The notes below the pieces were generated by a model. The model was not told where the DNA came from. It saw only the letters and a list, made by a program, of their open reading frames with translations, and made no database searches. This document shows, piece by piece, positions 37,134-46,040 of a DNA stretch of 64,000 nucleotides. How positions within the stretch are numbered: position 1 is the first letter of the stretch; the number at the start of each line of letters is the position of its first letter. The position numbers and the translations under genes were made by a program. Source of the stretch: Planctomycetota bacterium (GTDB lineage: Bacteria; Planctomycetota; Brocadiia; SM23-32; JAKLEA01); contig JAKLEA010000001.1 in the NCBI GenBank assembly GCA_022711755.1, positions 336,743-400,742 of the forward strand, in the 5' to 3' direction.

Positions 37134-39320
37134 TCATTGTCCCCAGACGGCGATGTCTCCTTCATCGTCATCCGCGCTTTCATCCCCGGCGAAGAATGCC
37201 GGTTCATATTTATGCAGGAGCTCCTTGATCTCCTCCCTTGCCGCCGGTTCCTTTGATCCAAGCTTCACGATAAACGCTGCCGGATCGAATCCCTCCGCCG
37301 GTATGTCCGCCCGACCGTCCGGACCGACCGAAGCCAGAATCCATCCCTTACCATCCGCCCCGGGGATGAACCGGATTTCAGCGCCGTCCGCAAACGGGTC
37401 CTTCGGGACGGAATCCAGGTAATAAGGCACAAGGTCATCCAGCTTGCCGGGCAGCTTGATATTCTTTGCGTGGAACATGCGGATCGCCCTGCCGGTTTCA
37501 TTTACACGGCGCAGCGCGAGGTCCGACGGCGAGTCGGTCCATCGTTGTTCCTTCAGATGTGGCGACACCAGAACCATGTTCAGTAACGCAGCCTCGCCCA
37601 ACGGAGAGGTCCAGTCGAGCATCACGCCGCCCTCGTCCCCCGATGCTGTCATAGCCAGCCCCTTGTATCGCGGGAGGGCGCGCTGGAACTCATGGAAGAA
37701 AGGGGCGGCGTTGGCCTCGATTTTCCCCCCGGAGAGAGACATCGAAATCGCGCCGTCGAGAATCTTGCGCGGATCGGCGTAGATGAGCATACCCGCCTCG
37801 GTCGGCAGCCTTCCGCGAAGGTATTGATACGTCTGTCCACCCTCAAGGGTGTTCTTGGCGTCGAACGCCTCCAGCGCGTCCGTCATGCTGTCCAGAGTGA
37901 ACGTCACCAGCAGATGATTTTCGGCAAGCGCCGCAGTGAATTCCACCCCGTTGATAGGCTGTCCGTTGGCGCGAAGGACGTAGGCCGTGTGATCGCCGAT
38001 CTGCTGTTCCTCAAGCTTTATGCCTTGCGCGGCCAGCATCTGAATCCCCGCAAGCTTCTTGAGCGATGCGATGATCTGATCCGGTTCCTTGACCTCAAAG
38101 CCCATGATCGGCGCAAGCGAGAATATTCGTTGGGCTTCGGGCTGGGCCATGAGTTCCGCGAGGTCCGGCATTTTCATTGCGAAGAAGAATTCCCCGCCGA
38201 AGCGTTTCACGAACTCATTGTAAAAGTTCACCTGGAACTGCATGAGCGCGCCGTTGAATTGCCGCGCCGAATCGAGAATGTCCGGGCGGACGGGGGCCAG
38301 GAATTCCTGAACTCCGGCAGTCAGCGCGTCTCCGTCGCCGATGTCCAGCGAGATCAGGTAATCGTAGTCGTCAGGCACGTATGCCACCCCTGCAAGGCTT
38401 CCCGGCGCCGCCCTGCTGATCATGCCGAGCAGCCCGACCGGCGGTTGCTCCATGGCCATGAGGATATGCGAGTTGAACATTCCGTCAGCGATTTCGCACG
38501 AGCCTCCGACCGCCTTCATGCGGTCGAATCCCATGAAACGCTCGCCCTCGACATCCTTCAGTAACCGGGTCCGTCGTTGTGATTTCCAGAGCAGCGATTC
38601 CATGTCAACGTAGATGGAGAATGCGCCGGGTGTCTTTACTGATGTGGATTCGCGGACGGCGCGAAACTGGGAGACTTCGAGTATCGAGGCGCGCTCGCCG
38701 ACCGACGTCCTGACCGCCAGCGAGACAGCCTCCGGCGTTCCGAAAAGGAGCATGTTCCCGCAAACGGCAATAGCGGCGGGAGCCTTACCTTGCGGCGTCA
38801 GAATGTCCACGCGGACCCCGGCAATGTCTTCGCGAGTGAGCGTGGCGTCTTTGGCGACAAGTTTCAGACGCGACAGCATCCGTTCGTCAATCATCTTGCG
38901 GACTTCGTCGGAATTGCCGCCCAGGGAGGCGATGAAAACCACTCTGCCTTGCTGCAGCGGCGATTCGTCCGAGATATCGAGTATGGCGAGAGAGAGACGT
39001 TGGACCTTGTTCTCCAGCAGATCCCATATGTCCACGTCGCATGCGTATGAGGCAAAGAACTCGACTATGCCCATCCCCATTTTCAGCCCGGATGAAAGCA
39101 TCTGGGACTGCCTGACGATATCGTTAGCCTCGGTAGTCTTCAGCGCCTCCATAAAGGCTTGAGGGTTGCCGAGGTCAACGTAGCCGATGGCCTCCGCTGG
39201 AACCGCCCGCGCGGGATCGGCCTCCTGCGCCGCAAGTGTGGCGATAATGCACTGTGCCAGGCAGAGGATGAGCGGAACTATGATCCTTGTCCGATTTCGC
39301 GCTGTCATGGCTTCTCCCAT
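37134..39320 (-). CDS. Secreted hypothetical protein (728 aa)
   Basis: It is a long ORF with a signal peptide (RIIVPLILCLAQCIIATLAAQEA). No family was recognised. Confidence 0.5.
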   Translation of the reverse strand: MGEAMTARNRTRIIVPLILCLAQCIIATLAAQEADPARAVPAEAIGYVDLGNPQAFMEALKTTEANDIVRQSQMLSSGLKMGMGIVEFFASYACDVDIWDLLENKVQRLSLAILDISDESPLQQGRVVFIASLGGNSDEVRKMIDERMLSRLKLVAKDATLTREDIAGVRVDILTPQGKAPAAIAVCGNMLLFGTPEAVSLAVRTSVGERASILEVSQFRAVRESTSVKTPGAFSIYVDMESLLWKSQRRTRLLKDVEGERFMGFDRMKAVGGSCEIADGMFNSHILMAMEQPPVGLLGMISRAAPGSLAGVAYVPDDYDYLISLDIGDGDALTAGVQEFLAPVRPDILDSARQFNGALMQFQVNFYNEFVKRFGGEFFFAMKMPDLAELMAQPEAQRIFSLAPIMGFEVKEPDQIIASLKKLAGIQMLAAQGIKLEEQQIGDHTAYVLRANGQPINGVEFTAALAENHLLVTFTLDSMTDALEAFDAKNTLEGGQTYQYLRGRLPTEAGMLIYADPRKILDGAISMSLSGGKIEANAAPFFHEFQRALPRYKGLAMTASGDEGGVMLDWTSPLGEAALLNMVLVSPHLKEQRWTDSPSDLALRRVNETGRAIRMFHAKNIKLPGKLDDLVPYYLDSVPKDPFADGAEIRFIPGADGKGWILASVGPDGRADIPAEGFDPAAFIVKLGSKEPAAREEIKELLHKYEPAFFAGDESADDDEGDIAVWGQ

Positions 39321-39429
39321 TTGAAAAGTCCGTAAATCTCACCAAAGCGCAACACCCCCTGACAACTGTCAGCATAGGCCTTCCCCAAATGGCTGTCAAC
39401 GCAGACCGCGCTGGAAAACCCTGTCGGGG

Positions 39430-41850
39430 TTATGGAAACCATAGAACCAACTCTCCCCAACGGGAAGGCTGAACTCGGGCTTTCACCGAGCGCGTTGCGG
39501 CATCGTACCACCAGATACCATTCGCGTCGCCATCCGGCGGAGCGTCCGTTCGCATCAATTCGGCGCCGTCGAAGAGAATCATGCGCGGTTCAGAACCGTA
39601 GACGACGAATCCGGAGACGTCTTCAGGCGCATCGGAAAGACGGATTCGCCACGAGTCGGCGCCGGTGATTGAAGTGACCTCGAATGCGCGATCCCGACTC
39701 ATGTTAAATTTGCGATGGTTCCCTTTGCCATTGGCGGATGCGGCTATACAGAGTCGTTTTCCCTTTGACATTGATGCACCCCATTCCATAGTTGCGCTTT
39801 CCAGTTCGGCCAGCAGAATGCCGCTCTCGCGGATGAGAATCGGCTCGCTGCCAAGGGGCGTCGGGCGTTCGATTCTATCTCCGCCTGGAAGCTTTTCCCC
39901 GGTTCTAAGGTCCGTCCATATTCCCTTGCCGGGAAGATAGACTCGCGACGTCGCCATGTCATGCGAAACCGGCGCAAACCACAGGTCCGGTCCGAAGCAG
40001 TAGCCATCCTCAACGTCCCTGCATTTCTCGTCTTCGGGGAATTCCAGATACGGAATCCGCATGATGGGAACGCCGGTCTTGTGCGCCTCGATTGCAAGCG
40101 ACCAGGTCGTCGGCAGCAGATTCATTCGGAGCCAAGCGTAATATTTGTATATCTCGACCGCGCGGTTGCCGAAGCGCCACGGCTCGCGCGGAGAGCATCC
40201 GTGCGAACGCATGATCGGGCTGAAAGCGGCGAAGGCCACCCACCGGAGATACACCGGTTCTGTGAGCGGTTGCAGCGGACGCGCCAACAGGCCGCCGATG
40301 TCGCTGCCCCAGAAGGGGAAACCGCTGGCGGAGAAAGTCAGGCCGCCGCGAATCACGGACTGAAGCCCGTCGAACGCCTCCGGATGATCCCCCGCGAAGA
40401 AACAGACGAATTGCTGACACCCCGGCCCCGCTGAACGGGCGAAGAGGAAGAAATCGTCTCCCCGCGCCTCGCGGAATACATCACTGAATGTTTTATGGTA
40501 AAGGTAATGGAAGCGATTGTGCATCCGCCGTCCCGTTTCGCCGTTGTGGTAAAGCGCGTCAACCGCCGAGTCGTCGCCATCGTCAACCATCGCGCCGGCA
40601 AGCCCGTTCTGAAGCCTCTCACGCCATTCCAGCCGAACGTAGTTGATCGTGTCCGGATGCGTGAAGTCGAAATACGGCTCTCCTTGCAAGAACAGCGTCT
40701 GTGGCACGGCAAAGAGCGATCCGTCCCGCATGTGAAGCAGAACGCGTTCGTAGTCTTTCCTCTCCCCGCCGCCTGCCGCTTTGATCGCCCCGGTGTCGGG
40801 ATTCGGACCGTACCAGCAGAGGGGCTTCACCCCCGCCGCGGATATGGCCTTCAGGAGTTCCATGTTCTTGAATACCGCCGCGCAGGAGAAAATCGCGCTG
40901 TGCGGGATGTCCAGTTCCCGGAAGCGAGCGATGACGCGCAGCATCTCGCTCTTGATGTCGCTCTTGATCTCTCCCTTGCTGATCCAGCGTCCCGCCTCCC
41001 CGCCCATCCACGGCTCGAAGGCCCATCTGGGCGGAAGCAGCGGCTTGCCTGTAATGTCGCTCAGGAATCGAAGCGAATCCTTGGGATTGGTGTGCGTGAG
41101 AAAATAGAGATCGAGGACCGGACCGTCGGCGATGATGGAAACGCAATCCTTCGTTGTTCTCGCCATGTCGCAATCCATGCGATATGACGAGTCCCAGAAG
41201 AAGGCGAAGCGCGAGGAGCTAAGGAAGAATGGCGAATTCTTGTATGCAGTGTCGCGTGTTCCAACGAAACTGCCGAGTCCGGCGTCGGTTCCCCAGAGTT
41301 TCACCATCCGCCCGCGCTGATTCACGGCGTCGAAACGCTCGCCAAATCCGTAATATGCCTCGCCCGCGCGGGATGGGAACTCGACGCGCCAGCCTTCTGG
41401 TTTTCCATTGTCACCGCCGGATACATCACAAGCGATTGACATGTTTTCCAGAATGACGCTCCCGGCGCTCCCAATCAGGTCAAATCTGATGCCATTCTCA
41501 GGGTGCTTCTTCACGATCCTGATAGCAGCGGCAGAACCGTCAGCGATGCTGGGGCGGATTTCGATTTGTCCGCTTTTCTCGCTCACAGCGGATGTAACGC
41601 GCGGTCCGGCGTTCCCGTCGAAATCCCCGACAACCTCGCCACGGATTCTGGCCACGTTTGCCGACGGGAAAGAAATCCAGAGGTCAATCTCATGCCCCCC
41701 TTCAGCATTGCAACGCAGCTTGACCTCTCTGAACACGGTAATTGATATCTCTGCTCGTTCCAGAATTGCCCACTTGCGGTCTCGTTTGGGAGCTTCATCC
41801 GCATTACACAGGAAAGGAAACAGTAGGCAGATAGCCGTCGCGCGAAACAT
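39430..41850 (-). CDS. Glycoside hydrolase family 31 (alpha-glucosidase/alpha-xylosidase-like), secreted
   Basis: The GH31-like catalytic region is present (GAMVDDGDD, FFAGDHPEAFDGL, GFPFWGSDIGG). The ORF track start is a TTG at 41913. The likely start is MFRATAICLLFPFLCNA, a signal peptide. Confidence 0.75.
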   Translation of the reverse strand: MFRATAICLLFPFLCNADEAPKRDRKWAILERAEISITVFREVKLRCNAEGGHEIDLWISFPSANVARIRGEVVGDFDGNAGPRVTSAVSEKSGQIEIRPSIADGSAAAIRIVKKHPENGIRFDLIGSAGSVILENMSIACDVSGGDNGKPEGWRVEFPSRAGEAYYGFGERFDAVNQRGRMVKLWGTDAGLGSFVGTRDTAYKNSPFFLSSSRFAFFWDSSYRMDCDMARTTKDCVSIIADGPVLDLYFLTHTNPKDSLRFLSDITGKPLLPPRWAFEPWMGGEAGRWISKGEIKSDIKSEMLRVIARFRELDIPHSAIFSCAAVFKNMELLKAISAAGVKPLCWYGPNPDTGAIKAAGGGERKDYERVLLHMRDGSLFAVPQTLFLQGEPYFDFTHPDTINYVRLEWRERLQNGLAGAMVDDGDDSAVDALYHNGETGRRMHNRFHYLYHKTFSDVFREARGDDFFLFARSAGPGCQQFVCFFAGDHPEAFDGLQSVIRGGLTFSASGFPFWGSDIGGLLARPLQPLTEPVYLRWVAFAAFSPIMRSHGCSPREPWRFGNRAVEIYKYYAWLRMNLLPTTWSLAIEAHKTGVPIMRIPYLEFPEDEKCRDVEDGYCFGPDLWFAPVSHDMATSRVYLPGKGIWTDLRTGEKLPGGDRIERPTPLGSEPILIRESGILLAELESATMEWGASMSKGKRLCIAASANGKGNHRKFNMSRDRAFEVTSITGADSWRIRLSDAPEDVSGFVVYGSEPRMILFDGAELMRTDAPPDGDANGIWWYDAATRSVKARVQPSRWGELVLWFP

Positions 41851-42136
41851 GTTCAATCTTGAGTCCACATCGCAATCTCCATTGGGGAATGGCCAACCAA
41901 TAGCTAATGGCAATTCGAAAAGCCAAAGTTTGTAACCATCACACCGCCAACCATTCCCAAAGATAAGGATAACGTCATCTGATTTTCATTGCCATTCTGC
42001 TCAAGGCCGCGCCTGGTTATACGAAATGCTTTTGCGCGGGGACGGAAAGTCTGTAAGCGAAATGTGATGATGGGAGACAGCGTCTTGAAGTCTGGAGCGT
42101 TGTCTGTTATTATTACGCAAGCATTGAATTCCGCTG

Positions 42137-42214
42137 CCGGGGCGTAGCTCAGTTTGGCTAGAGCGCTTGGTTTGGGACCAAGAGGTCGCTGGTTCAAATC
42201 CAGTCGCCCCGACC
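42137..42214 (+). tRNA. tRNA-Pro (anticodon TGG)
   Basis: I folded the cloverleaf by hand. It has a 7-bp acceptor stem CGGGGCG/CGCCCCG, an anticodon loop TTTGGGA with G37, the T-loop TTCAAAT and an encoded CCA. Confidence 0.9.
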
Positions 42215-42437
42215 ATTTCCGCCGGGGGCGAAAATGGTAGAGCAGGAGAAAGGAGAGAGGAGAAAGTAGACCGGAATTGCGGCTTGGGCGTAGGAAGCAC
42301 ACGGGCGACAATCAGCGGACGCGCCCTTTCTCCTGCGGTCTCCTTTCTACTCTCTACTCTCCGCCGTCGTTTCCGTTGTCGTTGACGTTCGCGTACCAGG
42401 AGCGCCGCAATCCGCATCTGGCATGAGTAGATGAAGA

Positions 42438-42806
42438 GTGAGCATGGCCTTCGCATTCGAGAAACTGAACGTCTATCAGAAAGCCGTCACCTTCGCCGAC
42501 AACGTTTGCACGCTGACTCGTGACCTGCCTCGCGGATACTTCTTTCTTGCCGATCAACTGAATCGCGCCGCCCTCTCCATCGCTGCCAACATTGCGGAAG
42601 GCAACGGACGTTTCACGAAAGCCGACCGGAGGAACTTCTTCGGCATTGCCCGTGGCTCGGTCCAGGAATGTGTGCCGCTGCTGGAACTGGCGCGGCGTCG
42701 GGGCTTGATCAGCGAACAAGATCACGGCAGACTGAAGGACGACCTCGAAGAGATAGCCCGCATGCTGTCAGGGCTGATCAACGGGTTGGAGAAGCGGAGA
42801 GAATGA
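42438..42806 (+). CDS. Four-helix-bundle protein (23S rRNA intervening-sequence protein / Avd-like family)
   Basis: The family pattern is recognisable (YQKAVTFADNVCTLTRDLPRGYFFLADQLNRAALSIAANIAEGNGRFTKADRRNFFGIARGSVQE). Confidence 0.75.
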   Translation: MSMAFAFEKLNVYQKAVTFADNVCTLTRDLPRGYFFLADQLNRAALSIAANIAEGNGRFTKADRRNFFGIARGSVQECVPLLELARRRGLISEQDHGRLKDDLEEIARMLSGLINGLEKRRE

Positions 42807-42855
42807 GCGGTGTCGGGTTCCTACGCTACTGTAGAGAAGGGGAAGAAGAGAATGT

Positions 42856-43209
42856 ATGGTTACCCAGAGGAACGACGGACATCGCAGTAAGGCCGATGAC
42901 GTCTTCGAGAGAGTTCACAACGCGAACGAGGCGCTCTGTGTCGGTGAAGGAGATGTGAGGAACCGCCTTGTCATTGCAGGCGAAATCCTTTCACCGCTGC
43001 GGCCAGAAGACTTCCCGGAGAGTCTACGAGAGGATTTCTGCTGGATCATGCAAGAACTCACTCGATGGCCCGGCCGACACAAACGAGAGGGGCGTATTGA
43101 GGCAACTATGGCACGGATTCGCCGGAAGACTGGAAGAAGAATCGCTGAGCACATCTGGAAGATGTTCGTCGAAATCCCGGGACTACGGGGAAGGCCAATG
43201 TACTACTGA
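42856..43209 (+). CDS. Hypothetical protein (117 aa)
   Basis: The call rests on the ORF alone. It lies inside the tRNA-linked islet. Confidence 0.35.
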   Translation: MVTQRNDGHRSKADDVFERVHNANEALCVGEGDVRNRLVIAGEILSPLRPEDFPESLREDFCWIMQELTRWPGRHKREGRIEATMARIRRKTGRRIAEHIWKMFVEIPGLRGRPMYY

Positions 43210-43258
43210 AAGGGCTTCCCTGAGCGGGCCCGTTGCAGCCAGGATGAAACGCAGGCAT

Positions 43259-43288
43259 GGTTCAAACGAGCGCCAGTCGCCCCGACCA
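43259..43288 (+). repeat. Degenerate direct repeat of the tRNA-Pro 3' end (T-arm plus acceptor). Putative attR-like boundary.
   Basis: GGTTCAAA-cgagcgc-CAGTCGCCCCGACCA aligns with the tRNA 3' end GGTTCAAA-tc-CAGTCGCCCCGACCA. Confidence 0.6.
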
Positions 43289-43439
43289 GTTCATGATAAT
43301 AAAGATCACTGCCCGCCGCAGACGGGAGAAGTTCAAATTTCAGCCGCCTCATGCGGACTGTTTGTACTTGCTCTGAGACGCGAGTAAGACGCGAAAAAAG
43401 GGAATAGGCAAACCAGGGTTTTCGCGCAACTTGCAACAT

Positions 43440-43874
43440 CTACAATCTCGGCTTCAACTGCATGATCCCCGTATCCGTGTTCTTAACCCGCTGTAGCGGG
43501 CAGCCGCGCAGCTTGTGGACCACGATCTCGGTCAGATAAAGCGTCCGGCATCCCGCGTGCATGTGGCCCGCGTATGTCTTCTCCCCGATACCCATCACGC
43601 AATGCAGGTGCGGCTCGTAATCGGCTATGATCCCCTGAAGGGCGGCCACTTCGATAGGGCCTTCAAGCTCATACATCTCGTTTTCCGCCGGATACCCCGT
43701 CGTCGTGATGTAGTGCATCGCCGCCCTGTCAACCGTCGCCACGCAACTGACTATCACGCCGGTCTGGATGTCCAGCTTGCGGGCGAGCTTGCGGATGGAC
43801 TCAATAATGTCATCCCCCTGATCAAGCCTTATGGCAATGATGTCCTCAATCTGTATGCCTGTGAAGTATTCCAT
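43440..43874 (-). CDS. PPC/DUF296 domain protein
   Basis: The 144-aa sequence fits the DUF296 pattern (IIAIRLDQGDDIIESI...HLHCVMG). Confidence 0.6.
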   Translation of the reverse strand: MEYFTGIQIEDIIAIRLDQGDDIIESIRKLARKLDIQTGVIVSCVATVDRAAMHYITTTGYPAENEMYELEGPIEVAALQGIIADYEPHLHCVMGIGEKTYAGHMHAGCRTLYLTEIVVHKLRGCPLQRVKNTDTGIMQLKPRL

Positions 43875-43930
43875 GATACTCCTGCTATCAGAACGCCATT
43901 AATTGAAAAGCGCCGGGCGCGACCAAGCGG

Positions 43931-44911
43931 CTATTTCCCCTTCAAAACATGCAGGTTGACGCAGTTGGGCGGAGTCCGCCCCTCAAGCGCCGCGATGATG
44001 TTCTCCGCCGTCATGGCGGACATCTTCTGCCGCGTGCCAGTCGAAGCGCTGCCCAGATGCGGAAGCAGAACAACGTTATCAAGCTTCATCAGAACGGGAT
44101 TGACCTTCGGCTCATTCTCGTAGACGTCAAGCCCCGCCCCGGCGATTCGCTTGTTCATCAACGCCTCTGCCAACGCAGCCTCATCAATGACCGGACCGCG
44201 CGAAGTGTTGATCAGATACGCGGTCGGTTTCATCATCTCCAACTGCGCCTTGCCGATGAAATGCCGGGTCTCAGGAATAAGCGGGCAGTGAAGGCTGATG
44301 TAGTCCGATTCCCTCAGCAGTTCTTCGATCCCGACCTTGCGAGCGCCAAGCTCGCTCTCCATCTCCGGGCGGGCGATGGGATCGTGGTACAGGACCTTCA
44401 TGTCCCATCCCCTGCTCCGCCGCGCCACGGCGTAACCGATCCTGCCCGCGCCAACTATTCCGAGCGTTCTTCCGGCGAGGTCCCCTCCCAGCAACTGCAT
44501 CGGCCCCCACCCGGCCCACGTCCCGGAGCGCATCCACCTGTCGCCCTCAACCACGCGTCGAGACGCCGACATCAGCAGCGCCCACGCAAGGTCGGCAGTG
44601 GCGTCGGTGAGAACGCCCGGCGTGTTTGAAACCGCTATGCCCCGCGCAGTCGCCGCCGCGACGTCAATGTTATCGTAACCGACCGCCATCTGACCGATTA
44701 TGCGGAGCTTTGGGGCGCAGTCCATGACGGCGCCGTCGAACTTGTCCGTCAGCAGGCAGAACACGCCTTCGCAATCGCGGATGTTCGCAATGATCTCATC
44801 GCGCGTCAGCACACGGTCCTCATCGCTCACGCGCGCGTCAAATCCCGCATCCAGCAGCATTTTCGGGCCGGAATCCGGTACCGGCCTCGTCACGTAGACC
44901 TTCTTCATCAT
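43931..44911 (-). CDS. D-isomer-specific 2-hydroxyacid dehydrogenase (glyoxylate/hydroxypyruvate reductase-like)
   Basis: The NAD-binding motif GIVGAGRIG is present. The catalytic R/E/H context reads ISLHCPLIPETRH...GAGLDVYENEP. The likely start is MKKVYVTRP; the ORF extends to 45040. Confidence 0.8.
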   Translation of the reverse strand: MMKKVYVTRPVPDSGPKMLLDAGFDARVSDEDRVLTRDEIIANIRDCEGVFCLLTDKFDGAVMDCAPKLRIIGQMAVGYDNIDVAAATARGIAVSNTPGVLTDATADLAWALLMSASRRVVEGDRWMRSGTWAGWGPMQLLGGDLAGRTLGIVGAGRIGYAVARRSRGWDMKVLYHDPIARPEMESELGARKVGIEELLRESDYISLHCPLIPETRHFIGKAQLEMMKPTAYLINTSRGPVIDEAALAEALMNKRIAGAGLDVYENEPKVNPVLMKLDNVVLLPHLGSASTGTRQKMSAMTAENIIAALEGRTPPNCVNLHVLKGK

Positions 44912-45055
44912 CGGCTGAAAACCTTTCCATCTGCTCCAGTCGCAGGTTGTGCGACTTGCCCGGCAAGTTTCGCACACTATAGCAATTGTCCGAAGTCTAC
45001 CACGAAGCCGTCTGCCAGACCAGAGCCGGCGTAATATCATAAAATTGCTTGCATC

Positions 45056-45083
45056 GTATGAATAATAACGATATTATCATATG
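45056..45083. promoter_or_regulatory. AT-rich imperfect palindrome GTATGA-N15-TCATAT. It resembles a NikR-type operator upstream of the Ni/Co uptake genes.
   Basis: The sequence is GTATGAataataacgatattaTCATATGattcatg, with an internal ATAATA...TATTAT dyad. It lies 40-65 nt upstream of the 45121 start. Confidence 0.3.
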
Positions 45084-45120
45084 ATTCATGTGTAATACCA
45101 ATTCTTGAAAAGGAGTTCCA

Positions 45121-46002
45121 ATGAAGACATTCCGCTGCATGGTCTGCCTGCTACATTCGTGTATCATCTTGACACTGGTCTCCCTCGCTTCCGAGACAAT
45201 CCCTCCGCAAGCCGAACAGGAATCTGTGGAAGAAGAACGGTGCGAACACGAACACAGCAAGATCAACACCGAAGACCCCAGCCCGGTTGCGCCCGGCAAC
45301 GTGGAGATCGAGACTGCTTACTCCTTCATGACTGCGAACAAGGCGCTCGATGAGAAGGGGGAAACCATATCGCGGGGATATCGGGCGGAAAACGCCTTCG
45401 ACGTCGGCATCGGAGTTGGGATACTTGAGGACTTCGACGCCGGCGTCGGCATGGGTTACGTGACCATGCGCGACAACGACACCGATCAAGAAACGGGCCG
45501 GGGGTTCGGCGATATCGGCGTCGGCGCAAGATGGCGGTTCTGGCGCGATGATAAGTATCACATTGAATTCGCGTATCTCCAGGGGCTGACCGTCCCCGTA
45601 GGCAACAGCGAGAACGAACGGGAGCTTGCGCCCGGACAGAAGTTCTGGAGCGCGGATCAGCGTTTTGCCTTTTGTAAAGACTGGCCGAAATGGACGCTTG
45701 GTACCGATTTCGGCTTCGAAATTCCTTTCGGAGAAAAACGAGAAGATTGCAGAGGCGTAGCATCCGCCAATGTGGCCGCAGGCTACAAAGTCTTTGATTG
45801 GCTTCAGCCGGAAATCGAACTGAACGGTTCGCGCGAAATCGTCAATCACGATTCCGCCTCCGAAACTCTGGCTGTAACCGTAGGGGTTATCCTCCTATTC
45901 GGCGAGAACTGGAAATTCATGGCCGGAGCGCAGCAGGTTCTCTTAGCGCGAAACGCCGACAAGGAAACATCCCTGATTGCTTCTCTCACCCTCTGCTGGT
46001 AG
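45121..46002 (+). CDS. Putative outer-membrane beta-barrel protein preceding the ECF Ni/Co transporter
   Basis: It has a signal peptide, with AAGGAG 8 nt upstream. Alternating amphipathic beta-strand-like segments are present and the C-terminus is aromatic (LTLCW). No family was recognised. Confidence 0.4.
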   Translation: MKTFRCMVCLLHSCIILTLVSLASETIPPQAEQESVEEERCEHEHSKINTEDPSPVAPGNVEIETAYSFMTANKALDEKGETISRGYRAENAFDVGIGVGILEDFDAGVGMGYVTMRDNDTDQETGRGFGDIGVGARWRFWRDDKYHIEFAYLQGLTVPVGNSENERELAPGQKFWSADQRFAFCKDWPKWTLGTDFGFEIPFGEKREDCRGVASANVAAGYKVFDWLQPEIELNGSREIVNHDSASETLAVTVGVILLFGENWKFMAGAQQVLLARNADKETSLIASLTLCW

Positions 46003-46040
46003 CATACTTTGAAACAGTTGTTCATACCGAGGTGAATCTC

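Larger units (their letters stand above)
42215..43288 (+). mobile_element. Putative tRNA-Pro-linked islet or remnant element (about 1.07 kb). It is bounded by the tRNA 3' end and a degenerate direct copy of it, and no integrase is present.
   Basis: A 15-nt exact copy of the tRNA 3' end (CAGTCGCCCCGACCA), plus GGTTCAAA, lies about 1.06 kb downstream of the tRNA in the same orientation. It encloses two small genes. Confidence 0.35.

Noticed and set aside
35847-38564. 403-aa minus-strand ORF (35847..37058) and 290-aa plus-strand ORF (37692..38564)
   Set aside because: They are shadow ORFs opposite the C-terminal hydrolase domain of the giant protein and opposite the 728-aa secreted protein. Their composition is biased (Ala/Arg/Gly/Val-rich) and they have no motifs.
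44912-45120. Possible cobalamin riboswitch upstream of the cbiM operon
   Set aside because: The leader is only about 200 nt. No B12-box (GCCACUG-like) and no conserved GGGAA or GGUGCC elements were seen. The palindromic protein-operator interpretation fits better.
45151-45849. 232-aa minus-strand ORF overlapping the putative outer-membrane barrel gene
   Set aside because: The plus-strand gene has a signal peptide, an AAGGAG RBS and an AT-rich promoter/operator. The minus ORF has none of these.
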